Source of the DNA: Hydrolagus colliei
Taxonomy: Eukaryota
Length of the DNA stretch: 63,772 nucleotides
NCBI GenBank assembly: GCA_035084275.1
Contig: CM068769.1
Coordinates: 1,364,229 to 1,428,000 of the forward strand
Direction of reading: 5' to 3'
The notes below the pieces were generated by a model. The model worked only from the letters and a program-made list of their open reading frames with translations. It did not search any database and had not been told where the DNA came from. The translations under genes and the position numbers were made by a program. Positions within the stretch are counted from its first letter, which is position 1. Each line of letters starts with the position of its first letter. This document shows, piece after piece, positions 1-11,619 of this stretch.

Positions 1-436
1 AGCGACTGTGCGACTGAGCGAGTGCGTGTTTGTGTGCGTGAGTGACTGAGTGACTGAGTGCGTGACAGAGTGACAGAGTGACAGAGTGCGTGACTGCGTG
101 AGTGCGTGAGTGCGTAAATGAGTGTCTGAGTGAGTGAGTGACTGGGCGACTGAGCGACTGAGCGAGGGCGCATGTGAATGCGTGAGTGCGTGAGTGAGTG
201 AGTGAGTGAGTGACTGAGTGAGTGAGTGAGTGAGTGAGTGAACGACTGAGCGACAGAGCGACTGTGCGACTGAGCGAGTGCGTGTGTGAGTGCGTGAGTG
301 ACTGAGTGACTGAGTGACTGATTGCGTGACAGAGTGACTGAGTGCGTGACTGCCTGATTGCGTGAGTGCGTGACTGAGTGACTGAGTGACTGAGCGACTG
401 GGCGACTGAGCGACTGAGCGAGTGCGCGAGTGAGTG
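1..436. repeat. Compound (GAGT)n/(GAGTGACT)n-like microsatellite
   Basis: Tandem gagt/gact/gcgt units running into an N gap. Confidence 0.9.
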
Positions 437-1025
437 NNNNNNNNNNNNNNNNNNNNNNNNNNNNNNNNNNNNNNNNNNNNNNNNNNNNNNNNNNNNNNNN
501 NNNNNNNNNNNNNNNNNNNNNNNNNNNNNNNNNNNNNNNNNNNNNNNNNNNNNNNNNNNNNNNNNNNNNNNNNNNNNNNNNNNNNNNNNNNNNNNNNNNN
601 NNNNNNNNNNNNNNNNNNNNNNNNNNNNNNNNNNNNNNNNNNNNNNNNNNNNNNNNNNNNNNNNNNNNNNNNNNNNNNNNNNNNNNNNNNNNNNNNNNNN
701 NNNNNNNNNNNNNNNNNNNNNNNNNNNNNNNNNNNNNNNNNNNNNNNNNNNNNNNNNNNNNNNNNNNNNNNNNNNNNNNNNNNNNNNNNNNNNNNNNNNN
801 NNNNNNNNNNNNNNNNNNNNNNNNNNNNNNNNNNNNNNNNNNNNNNNNNNNNNNNNNNNNNNNNNNNNNNNNNNNNNNNNNNNNNNNNNNNNNNNNNNNN
901 NNNNNNNNNNNNNNNNNNNNNNNNNNNNNNNNNNNNNNNNNNNNNNNNNNNNNNNNNNNNNNNNNNNNNNNNNNNNNNNNNNNNNNNNNNNNNNNNNNNN
1001 NNNNNNNNNNNNNNNNNNNNNNNNN
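437..1025. other. Assembly gap
   Basis: N run. Confidence 1.
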
Positions 1026-1372
1026 GTGAGGGAGGCAGGGAGTGAGGGAGGGACGGAGGGACGGAGGGTGAGTGTAATGGAGGTATAGAGGGAGAGAGGG
1101 GAGACGGCGAGAAGGCGGGATGTAGGTAGAGTGGGAGTGGGAAGGATGGTGGAGGGAGGGAACGAGAGCTGGATGGAGGGATGGAGGGAGTGATGGAGGG
1201 AGGCAGTGAGAGAGGGAGGGAGGGTGGGAGGGAGGGAGGGATGTAGGGTGGGAGGAAGAGACGGAGTGAAGGAGAGAGGCAGGGATCGAGAGAGGGAGGG
1301 TTGGAGTGAGAGACGCAGGGATGAAGCGAGTGAGGGAGGTACGTAGGTAGTTAGGTAGAAAGGGAGGGATGG

Positions 1373-1647
1373 ANNNNNNNNNNNNNNNNNNNNNNNNNNN
1401 NNNNNNNNNNNNNNNNNNNNNNNNNNNNNNNNNNNNNNNNNNNNNNNNNNNNNNNNNNNNNNNNNNNNNNNNNNNNNNNNNNNNNNNNNNNNNNNNNNNN
1501 NNNNNNNNNNNNNNNNNNNNNNNNNNNNNNNNNNNNNNNNNNNNNNNNNNNNNNNNNNNNNNNNNNNNNNNNNNNNNNNNNNNNNNNNNNNNNNNNNNNN
1601 NNNNNNNNNNNNNNNNNNNNNNNNNNNNNNNNNNNNNNNNNNNNNNN
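1373..1647. other. Assembly gap within a purine-rich (GGGA)n-like low-complexity tract
   Basis: N run flanked by gagg/ggga repeats. Confidence 1.
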
Positions 1648-2315
1648 GAGGGAGGGAGGGAGCGAGTGTGGGAGGGAGAGAGGGAGTAAACATTAAAGGC
1701 AATGAGGGAGCGAGAGGGTAAGCCTGGCAGGGAGCGAGTGTGTGCTAGTGTCAGGTATGTTCTGCATTCGAGTGCCACGTAGGCAATCAGGGAAAATCAT
1801 TTTGGTTTGCACAATTGTTTGACGGAAAATATCCAAAAAATGCGAACTTCAAGTTTCCGATTCAATCTTATGGTGAAAATGCTTATTCGCTTAACGTTGT
1901 TTGCGCTTTTAAAGAAGCAATGAACTACGTTAAGCGGCGTCTGACTACATACTCCCAAACAAATTGACAGTAGATTTCTGTGAAAAACGCGGCTGCTAAT
2001 TACATGTAGTAGCATCCAACAACATATTGCTTTTCGCTTGTCCAATTTATTTGGGGAGGAATTTAGTTAAGTTTGTGGAGGAAGGAAATTTGCTTAAGGT
2101 ATCTTCCTGCCTGAAGTCGAGCCCAGGTCTCGCACGTAAGGCGAATGTTCTACGTGCTGAGCTACAAGGCTCCACAAGGAGAGATTGGTGAGTGGAAGGC
2201 GAGTTAGTGTGGAGCGAGTTGGGGCAATACCACTGAAGTCACAGTTGAAAATATAACTCTTGATCCAGGCATTGGAGTAGGAAAGGGGTCTTCTATGTTA
2301 CAATGTTGTCGAGTT

Positions 2316-2745
2316 TAAGACACTCGTCCTCACCTACACGGCCTTACACGGCCTTGCCCCATCCTACCTAACCGATCTACTCTCCCACTACACGCCCACC
2401 CGGACCCTCCGTTCAACAGGACTTGGCCTGCTCCAAGCCCCCCGCCCGAACCGCCCCACCATCGGAGGCCGGGCCTTCAGTTTCTCCGCTCCCACCTTAT
2501 GGAATGCCATCCATCAATCCCTCCGTTTCGCCTCTTCCGTTTCCTCTTTCAAGGCCGGTTTGAAGACTTTCCCCTTCGATCGTGCCTTTTGTTCCAACCC
2601 GAACCCTTTTACCTCCCCTTCGTGTTTCACCGCTTCTCAAACACGCCCCTCCCAGCGCAGGTCAAACGCATCTTGTTCAGCGCCTTGGGACGTCCTACCG
2701 ACGTGAAAGGCGCTCTATAAATGTAAATTGTTGTTGTTGTTGTCT
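2316..2745 (+). mobile_element. L2-like LINE 3' fragment
   Basis: Decayed FKTLVLTYTALHGLAPSYLTDLL...RTLRS motif, then the gggacgtcc...gacgtgaaaggcgctctataaatgtaa end and (ttg)n tail; recurs many times in the window. Confidence 0.75.
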
Positions 2746-3526
2746 GACAATCTAACTCAGCGATCTGCACATACGCTATCGACGTGGACATTCATTCCCT
2801 CTGTCAAAATCTCGATAATCGATTCGAATTGTTCAACTTTCTGTGCTCCAGCTGCTTAATGATAATCCCTCAAACAAAAATTGTCGTTTCAGTCCATAAC
2901 TATTTCTGTGACGCTACTGTGCGCAATTGGCTATCGTGTGTTGCCCATTAATGGTTGTTCAAGTCAAATAAATTGAAGATAGATTTTAGGGCGAATCGCG
3001 GCAGCCAATTGCGCACAACAGCCTCCCCAGCGACAGTCATGGATTGAAATGACTGATTTTTTATTGTGCGTTTGTTTGGAAGGATTACTACGAAGCTTTC
3101 TATGTGGCTGTGTGTGAATGTGTGTGTTTGTGTGTGCACATGTGTGTCTGTATGCGTGTGTTTGTGTAAGGAAATCAAGCAAGCAAATTTGACCAAGCGT
3201 TCACCTTACTGCCTGGAATCGAACATCGGAATCATGTTTGCAACGCGAGTGGTCTTAACACGGAGATACAGGAGTACGCAGTGGGAAAGATCTGTGCGAA
3301 GCTCATCAAGACTCTCGATTATGTGATACATCAAAAGCAAAGATGATTATTATTATTTTGATGACTTTCCCTCTTTCACTACACGAATGTACCCACCATT
3401 TTCTTCTGAGATATTGTCACGTGTATCCTTTGAGAGACGCAGCAGCAAAGTCAGTGATTGTCAACCAGGTCAATAGTCAGTGCTGACGTCTGTGCTGCGA
3501 TTAAACCATTTGTCTGCCATTGAGAG

Positions 3527-3564
3527 CTTTAATGTCAGTGTTATAGTCTGGCAGTAACACAGAG
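3527..3564 (-). pseudogene. Orphan decayed V RSS
   Basis: CTCTGTG-22-ACATTAAAG; spacer and downstream flank are homologous to those of the V at 16938-17244, with no V exon in front. Confidence 0.45.
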
Positions 3565-4609
3565 TATGTACGTATAATTGTAAAAAATCTTATTTATCAA
3601 ATGTATACAATGTAAAATTTATTGTTTTTAATTTAACTCTTTCCCCACATGAACCACTCTATCACTACTTCTGTTTGTGGTTGAAAATCAGTCACGAGTT
3701 TCCTCTGAGACACAGCGGCAGCTACAACAGATTGTCAAGCAGGTCAACAGTAATTCCAGGCATCTGTGCTGAGATTGATCCATTTCTCTCCTATTAGCAG
3801 ATTAATGTAAAGTGGGGCAGGCTGATAGCAGGCTGATTGTAACATGGCTTGTGTGATCGCATGGTAACAGTGGCTGTGTCAAATACAGCCACATTGACAG
3901 TCAATCACTTCAGTGGACCACCCGACGTGAGAGGCGCTCTGCACGTGTCATTGTGTTGTTGTTGATATTGGGTTCGATACCAAGGTCATTGCAACGCATT
4001 AGGCAGATATCCATACTCCACGGGCTTTACAACTCCATAATAATTTACAACATTCCCATTATGTACGAAATGTTCATAAGAGTGGATTCCACACACAGTG
4101 AGAAATGTGCTTGGAATCCACAAAGGGCCAAACCTTAGGCAAATTGCCTTCATCCACACGCCCAATAATAATCCGTCCCACACCAAAAAATCTATCACCA
4201 ATAATAAATTGGCCGTTTGCATCCACTACTGTGTTTGGGGACGTTGTTGTGCGCAATCGGCTGCCGGGTTTCTCTCTCCCATAAATACACAGTTAATTCA
4301 ATTCACAATGTATTTTGTGAAGCGCGTTGAGTCGCTGAGAGAAGACGTGAAAAACGATATAGCGAATGCAAGAATTATTAATATTAGTGCTGTTTTATCC
4401 ACATGTCTTAATTCTAACAAACATTTATCACAATCTTCTATCGGTTGATTAATCAACACATATAATACACAGCTATTGATGCATTTCTGTTTCTTTAGTT
4501 GACTTGATATGACGTCAATAAGGTGTAAGCTGTGGGGATAGTTAGCTGATAGTTTGTTACACGGTGTCTCACTGCTCTTTACTGTTTGCCAGCGTTTGGT
4601 TGTGATGAG

Positions 4610-4648
4610 GGTTATTGTACGAGGCTTCCTATGATGTATATCACTGTG
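4610..4648 (-). other. 23-RSS of supporting V-delta
   Basis: CACAGTG (4642-4648), 23 nt, ACAATAACC (4610-4618). Confidence 0.92.
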
Positions 4649-4941
4649 GTGCAGACTGACTGCACAGTGATACATAGCTGAGTCTGGCAGCTGTAGTCTG
4701 GCGATGGTTAACTGGCTGATGTTCTTGGCAGTGTCAAGAAAAGCTGAAATATGATCTCCAGTGGATTTTCCTCCCTCTCCAGTAGTGTTTCTGTGGATAA
4801 GGATTTTCGGTGCCTCGCCAGGGAACTGACGATACCAGGACACAACGAACTTCTGTCCACAGAATCCTAAGTATTGGCATTGTAGATCCACTCTCTCTCC
4901 AGCAACAGCCTTTGTTTCAGGCAGTGACTGATATATCGGTC
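4649..4941 (-). CDS. Leaderless NAR-TCR supporting TCR-delta V exon
   Basis: Acceptor tttcttccacgtag at 4942. Open frame (R)PIYQSLPETKAVAGERVDLQC-QYLGFCGQKFVVS-WYRQFPGEAPK...DSAMYHCAVSLH with Cys23, Trp41, Cys104 and an extra CDR1 Cys. No leader exon found; in phase with the J at 7215. Confidence 0.9.
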
Positions 4942-5579
4942 CTACGTGGAAGAAATCACAGGATAGTGAGCATTGCAATATGGTAGCGTTGTACAGCAAT
5001 TAAGGAGGATATTAGTAGAATTGTTTATTTGCCAGATGTTTCGGGCAACTGTCCAACCTATCCCACTCCCATTGTTGCCCTATATTCTTGACACATGTTA
5101 CTTCTGCATTACTCCACCTGTCCATTTCCACTTTAAAATTGATTGTTTATCATGCTTTAAAGCAGAATATCAGGCAGCGCGTTGAAGATTACAATAACTT
5201 TGGAATTTAAAACAAATTCTCTTTTTCTCCCTTTTGTTTCTTTTTTTGGGAAAAAATAATCCGCTTTTAACAGATAATATTTTAACAATCGTTGCGTTCA
5301 TGATAACATGATCTCTTTGTACATGACAATCGCCGCTACGCTGTAACCATTCTATTGAATCATCTTTCGACAATGTTCAAGAATTTAATATCCTTCTGAC
5401 CCTTTCAATAAAAGACACTTGAGAGCCGCATTTCACCTAAACCATACAGTTACTCTGTTAATAATACTTGCATTTGTTAAAGCACTTGTCATGTCTTCTC
5501 GTCGCCTAACAAACCTTCAAAATATATACTGTCAAGTGAATAGATTATATATGTGGACGAAACGTGGCATAATAATCCA

Positions 5580-5895
5580 ATTATTATCATTTTGATATAG
5601 CGCTTTTCACAACATATCGACGTCTTAAAGCGTTTCACAGAATATACTGTCAAGTGGATTGATTGTATATTTATGGGAGAAACACAGCAGCCAATTGCGC
5701 GTAGCAGCGTCCTACAAAAACTGTAGAGGATTGGAATGAAGAATGTTTATTATTGTAGGTTGCCTGCACGGATTATTATCAGGCATGTGGTTTTAGGTAA
5801 CTTCCCAAAGTTTCTCCCTAATCTTCCTGGATTCGAACACGGGTCTCACGCTTCATTGTGATTGCGATATCCACTGAGCTATAATCCACAATAAA
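5580..5895 (-). mobile_element. tRNA-derived SINE
   Basis: tagctcagtgg...ggttcgaatcc head, shared central body and L2-like tail. Confidence 0.7.
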
Positions 5896-6407
5896 ATAGC
5901 ATTTTTGAAGTCTTCCATGCATCTCAAATCACAGCGTGAAACACAATGTAAGTTGAGTTGACTTTATTTTTGATTAGACGTCATAGTGCGTTCCATGGTT
6001 TTCTTTGAGATGTCTCAAAAAGGCGAAAAGCAATACAGCAAATGGATATATTGTGATCAGTAGTATTATTATTGTCTCTGCCGAAAGAACAGTTTAGTTA
6101 TCATTTGTTTGCCTTATTCTGTATATGTTTTCTGTAGCAGATTGTCCACATTGAATCTTTGGTTGTCTGTGAACATGCGTATGTTTAGCAGAGAATCAGT
6201 TGTTAGTGTGTACAGTTAACCAAGTTGGTTTAAATTTGCGGCAAATGGAATTCCCCTCTGCAAATACTGTTACATTAAAGTCGCTGCTGGAGGAGGTGAA
6301 TGATGTCTCTGGCTTGTTTCCAACATGATTTATCTTTCCGTCTGTGAGCCACTCAAAGCTGTTTCACTTCTGTGACGAGAAAACAGCTTTCCTTATTCAT
6401 TTTTAAA

Positions 6408-6640
6408 NNNNNNNNNNNNNNNNNNNNNNNNNNNNNNNNNNNNNNNNNNNNNNNNNNNNNNNNNNNNNNNNNNNNNNNNNNNNNNNNNNNNNNNNNNNNN
6501 NNNNNNNNNNNNNNNNNNNNNNNNNNNNNNNNNNNNNNNNNNNNNNNNNNNNNNNNNNNNNNNNNNNNNNNNNNNNNNNNNNNNNNNNNNNNNNNNNNNN
6601 NNNNNNNNNNNNNNNNNNNNNNNNNNNNNNNNNNNNNNNN
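6408..6640. other. Assembly gap inside the NAR-TCR J to supporting-V intron
   Basis: N run. Confidence 1.
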
Positions 6641-7214
6641 ATGCTTCAATATCTACTTGCATGTTGATGTCCAAGAAAATAAGTTTCTGTGGGAAAACTC
6701 AACGTATATGGAGAGAGGAAAATTAGTGAACGTTTCAATTTATTGATCTATATTCAGACAAGGTGGGGTTTGAATGCAACTGTTTCTAGCACATTTCATA
6801 TTGGATCCAATTGATTTCCAAGAAAAGTTGGCTTGTCGAGACAAATTCGTGCAACAGGGATTGAAATACGCCATTGTAACTAACATATATAGCGCTAATT
6901 AGTTACCTAAACGTACACTCAACTTGTCCTCTCGTCAAATTGCTTTGGAAAATCTCTCCAGAAGAATTCAGCGACTTTAGAATATAATGAAATACACGTA
7001 GTTCAGCAAAGAAACCAGCCTCATATTGGGAGCTGTCCAATCTTTTGAAAATCGCAAACATATGTTTTAGTTTTCAAAAACTGATTGTTGAATTGACACA
7101 GTTTCAAAAAACTGGGAGCAATCTGTTAGAATATTGCACTTTAGAAATTCAACAAAATCAACAAATAAATGAATAGAGTTTTATTTTAATTTGATAGAAA
7201 TTATCCACACTTAC

Positions 7215-7270
7215 GTTTTATTACCGTGACTTTGGATCCTGATCCATCTAAGCTATATGGCTTATAATTA
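7215..7270 (-). CDS. NAR-TCR J segment
   Basis: Translates NYKPYSLDGSGSKVTVIK (G-x-G-[ST]-x-V-x-V motif, IgNAR-like DGxG) with phase-1 donor C|GTAAGT at 7214. Confidence 0.88.
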
Positions 7271-7309
7271 CACAGTCACACAGTTCTCGTAATACACGGT
7301 GCAAAAACT
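7271..7309 (-). other. 23-RSS of NAR-TCR J
   Basis: Plus strand reads CACAGTC (7271-7277), 23 nt, GCAAAAACT (7301-7309). Confidence 0.85.
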
Positions 7310-7620
7310 AGTGTATCTGATCATGATTGAATACTGCTACAAAAAAGATCTAAATGTTAGCAAGATGGTAATAGTTTCTACATCTCTACAACTGTCTCGT
7401 CACCCGACATTCATTTCGTCCAAATCTGGTTTAATTTATGTAGAATTTCTACCGAACACGAACAAATTCCCTCAACAAGAAAACATTTTTCGGTAAATAG
7501 TTAAAGAATTTTCTGCTTGAAATAACTAAATCAGTACGTAAACTGCCAAATTTAGCGTAATGAAAGAAGATACAGTACTTAGTGTTCATGTGCAATATAA
7601 TTCCATGTAAATAGCCGCAC

Positions 7621-7689
7621 GGTAGTTGTACTGATGGATTCCAATGTGTGTATCAAATCAACACAGTATTTGCTGTCAACACAATTACA
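7621..7689 (-). other. NAR-TCR D segment (7649-7661, TTGATTTGATACA) with 12/12 RSS
   Basis: Plus strand: GGTAGTTGT-12-CAATGTG | 13-nt D | CACAGTA-12-ACAATTACA. Lies exactly between the 22-RSS V and the 23-RSS J, satisfying the 12/23 rule. Nonamers are degenerate. Confidence 0.75.
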
Positions 7690-8015
7690 TTGTTTTGCAA
7701 AACAACTGTAACAGTGTCTGGTCATGTACAAATTACCAATCAATGATATCACGTGTACAATTATTTTGAAGATATTCCTATTCAGATATGATTTGTCGTC
7801 TAATATATATACGTAAATTGCGATATATGCCAATTGCACTCACATTCAACGTCCTTTAACACTACATAAATTTTCCTAAGTGTTCCCCAATAATGCTTGT
7901 TTGTCGAAGAGAATGTTACTAAACACCATTGCACATCACACAACAATGGATAATGTGCATTGAATTCATTGACAAAATCACATTGACTATGTGTTGTCTT
8001 TGAATTGATGAAGAG

Positions 8016-8053
8016 GCTTTTTGTATTGTTGGAAGCCTGGATGCAGCATTGTG
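8016..8053 (-). other. 22-bp-spacer RSS of NAR-TCR V
   Basis: CACAATG (8047-8053), 22 nt, ACAAAAAGC (8016-8024). Confidence 0.9.
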
Positions 8054-8342
8054 TCGTCCCACTGATATCGAGCTCTACATCTGTAGGTAGCGCTGTCGGC
8101 AAATTGCAAATCATTAATTTCCAGCAGAGATGTCTTTGTTCCCACTTTGATAACATCAAACCGACTTTCGCGAGGGATGGACATCCAAACTCCTCCATTT
8201 GGAAACTGCCTTTGAAATGCCAAGCTGATAGATCTGTAGCTCCCCGAATAACCTTCTGCAAAGACGCAGTTGATGGTCAGAGGATCGCATTCTTCTTTAG
8301 TAACAGAGTTTGGTGTCTGTGTTACGGTCTGACTGAAAACAT
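8054..8342 (-). CDS. NAR-TCR V exon (IgNAR-like V with short CDR2 region)
   Basis: Acceptor catgtttcag at 8343. Open frame HVFSQTVTQTPNSVTKEECDPLTINCVFAEGYSGSYRSISLAFQRQFPNGGVWMSIPRESRFDVIKVGTKTSLLEINDLQFADSATYRCRARYQWD. Short IgNAR-like spacing between FR2 and FR3 and an extra FR1 Cys. Confidence 0.88.
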
Positions 8343-8704
8343 CTGAAACATGTGAAACAGGACATCAGGTTAATACAGGCAAAACCCTGACCTGCACAAT
8401 CAGCAGCAAATCACGATGCTTGGCCTGAGTCGAATTGATTTCAATTTGGACAATAATGATATAATTATCATGGTGCATGAATAGAATATAAGCAGAACAG
8501 ATTAATCGATAGCAATCTGCTGCTGTGTTTCGCCCGCAAAAGAAAAAAAGAAAAACTACGGTCACAATATATTCTGTGAAGCGCTTCAATACGTTTCATC
8601 GACGTGAGAAGCCTCTGTTTCAAAGCGTGGAATTATGTAAATTATGATAAGGCAAAGTTGAACGATGGTATTCATTCGGGCCGAGTAATTGGAACAAAAC
8701 TCAC

Positions 8705-8747
8705 GTTGTAAGTAGTGGATGGCGATGGCGATAGAGATGAGAAGCAT
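8705..8747 (-). CDS. NAR-TCR leader exon
   Basis: ATG...MLLISIAIAIHYLQ with C|GTGAGT phase-1 donor; splices in frame to the V exon. Confidence 0.85.
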
Positions 8748-8837
8748 TCTCTCCTCGCTCGACAACAGAGTGACTGTGTGTTACACAGGGATGTTCTGTA
8801 GCAGCGCTAGAGACTAAATTACACTTGTACAGAGCCT

Positions 8838-8872
8838 TTCACGTCAGGAGAATCACATTAGCGTGTGACGTG
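8838..8872 (-). promoter_or_regulatory. CRE-like elements upstream of the NAR-TCR leader
   Basis: TGACGTG in both orientations (8840-8846, 8866-8872), about 100 bp upstream of the ATG; CRE motifs are typical of TCR V promoters. Confidence 0.45.
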
Positions 8873-11312
8873 ATGTCTGGTGACAGCGGATTTGGGAGTT
8901 GGAGGAGGGCGTGGCGAAAAGCCATTTGAGGAAAGGGAGTGACGAACTGTGTACGTGAGCAGGGGGCAGAAGTGGGCTGGTTATGCGGTGACTGTTGAAA
9001 AAATGGGCAATCGGCGAGGGCTGTGAGAGGAACGTAAATGATGACACTTCAAGTCGGAAACCGAGGGCGTGATGTAGAGAAGGACTCTGTTGTGAGTTGG
9101 TAAAGACAAATTATCAACGACAGCAAAACAAAATTGATTGATCGAGCGCCTTTCAGTTCGAAAGCAAGGTGCTGTACAGCGATGTCGGGACCAGAGAATT
9201 AGGGCACAGTATCATGGTAGGGTTTAGGGGAAGAGGAGTAGGAAAGAGGGTGTGTGAGGAGGTGGAGATGGAGAGAGTTGGGATTAGATGGGTGGAAATT
9301 AGGGAAGGAGAGAGTTGGGATGGGAGGGAGAGATTCGTGTGCCTTATGAGAGAGTTGGTGGGGGAGGGGGAGAGATTTTGGAGGGGAGGGAAAATGTTGG
9401 CAGCGGAGGGAGACATTTGGGAAAAAGAGACATTTGGAAATGTGGCGAGATTTTGGAGGACGCGAGAGATGGAAGGGGAGGGAGAAAGTTGGGAGGGGAA
9501 GCAGAGTGTTGTGAGGGATCTGAGAGAGGTGGCAGAGGAGAGCGAGAGAGTTGGAAAGGGATTTAAAGAGTTGGAAGAGGAGAGTTGGAGAGTTGCGAAG
9601 GTGGTGCGAGAGATATGGAAGTCAGAGGGAAAGATTTGGGAGGTGAGAGAGCAGGGATGGGAGGGAATTGGGAGGGGAGGCAGAGGATTGTAGAGAATGT
9701 AGAGAGTTGAGCATGGAGCAAGAGCGTTGGGTACGGAGATGACGATATTTGAGAGGGGAGCGAGAGTGTTATGAAGGAAGGGTGGAGAGTTGGGAGGGCA
9801 GATGATGGGTGAGGAGGTCAAACTAGAAACTAGGGTAAAGGCATTGTGTGTGGGTACAGAGGCTGGAGTATGTGGTAGAGAGAGTAACGGAGGGTTGCAA
9901 TGTGACACAGTGGGAGAAGATTTGGCAGCCAAGGGATCAGTTGAACCGTTTCAAAACTTCTCAGCTGCTGTACCAAGTTAGAGCGTCTGCAGCATTAATA
10001 TTTATGTTATATCTCGGCCAGTCCATCTCTCTGCCTAAGTCTCTGTCATTGAAGTTGAGGCCTGTTGTGAAGAAAATTATTTACCGATTTACAAAGCTGT
10101 GATTAGGAACCCGCGTATTTGTCGTTTGTCCAATGGCTTTGGACGGTAAAAATTGCCTTCAAAATAATGTTAATAATTGTGTGGTCGCTCATTCCACGAT
10201 TGAGTGTTGGATTTCACTGTTCATAATAGTCTGCAAACTCTGTCCACCAAACATACAACAACAACAACAACAGCTTGTATTTATGTAGCGTCCTCCACTC
10301 CGGACGGCTTCTCATTGCGCTTCAGATAAATGGTACAATCCAAGGACAGCGGGAGAAATGTGACCGAATGTGAAGCATTCAATACTCTTGAATCCTGTTA
10401 AGCGCTAGGAGCCCTCTCGATCACGTAATCAGGTGATTTATTCAATGTCAGCATTATCAACGTCCAATTGTCTATTCTGACAGAAAATAATCCAGTTTCC
10501 AGCTGACATTTGTATTAAGTATGAAGATGGTTTATGGAATGTGAGGCGGAGATGATCCATAGTGGACATAAACGTTTGAGATTATTTTTGATTCCATGAT
10601 GGAGAGTGAGGAGAATGCAGTTTGGGGCTTTGTGTTTGAAAGTGGTGACACTGCAGATCATTCTGGAGTTAATTTATTGCTGATAATCATATTAGTCATT
10701 GCAGTTCACATAGTGATTGATCACGTACTCGAGCCTCCTCCAAGTGCTTCACGGAATGCGCGGTAGAACGGAGTGACTTTGTGTTTTGGGGGTCAAACAT
10801 TATGCAGTTACGCACTGCAGCATCTCATGGACAGCAGTGTATTTAATGATAAAGTTCTTGTATATTATATATTTATTATATTTTTGGAGTAAATTATTAT
10901 TTTATTTATTTCCATTGACGTATCTATTTCTTTTTGTTAACGTCTTACTTAATTATTCAGAATTGTTTCTGTTATTTGGGTTCACTTACACTTACTATTT
11001 ATTATTTTATGTATTGTTACACGTATGTCATTCATTATGTTATGGTCTATTAGACAATGACTCGGTTTATCTATTTGTTTAAGGGATTATTGGCTGATTT
11101 ATTTTACTTTTCCAAGGATAATATCCAGTGGAACATGACTCGCCAATCGACTAACAACCGAGTTCCTATTTACTGTTTAGTAAAGAGAGGGATGTGTATA
11201 CTGAAACTGTCTCTAGGTTTCGTCCAGCCTGGGAATCGAACGCAGGATCTCTCGCTTGTGAGATAGAACCTCTCGCAATAAAATTGGAGGATTCCACATG
11301 ATTTGTTATATG

Positions 11313-11326
11313 GCGGCATCTAGTGG
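11313..11326 (-). promoter_or_regulatory. CTCF-like motif
   Basis: Minus strand CCACTAGATGCCGC, one mismatch to CCASYAGRKGGCRS. Confidence 0.45.
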
Positions 11327-11619
11327 TGGTTCAAGAGAAGGACAGCGTATGGTTTGAGTTGATTTACATAACATCCAAGTTGGTTTTCAGTTAATCGAGA
11401 TACTATTGAGTGCGGGATAAGTCGTACAACATTAATATTAATATTTCTCTCACATAAACACTCTCCTCCACAAACAAACCTTCTATACTGACTGATTCGC
11501 CGGAGCTATACTCCTACTCCCACACACTCCCATTCCGTGTCTCTCCCACGAATCCCCCCACCCCCACATGACTCTCCTCTCCCCGTAGCTCTCGCCTCCC
11601 CACATAGCTACCATACTTC

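Noticed and set aside
430-1689. ORFs made of X residues (also at 6353-6746)
   Set aside because: Artefacts of N gaps.
9153-9932. 259-aa Ser/Pro/Leu-rich ORF and the opposite-strand 174-aa Glu/Gly-rich ORF
   Set aside because: Purine/pyrimidine-skewed low-complexity sequence, probably a transposon remnant; no splice context or domain motif.
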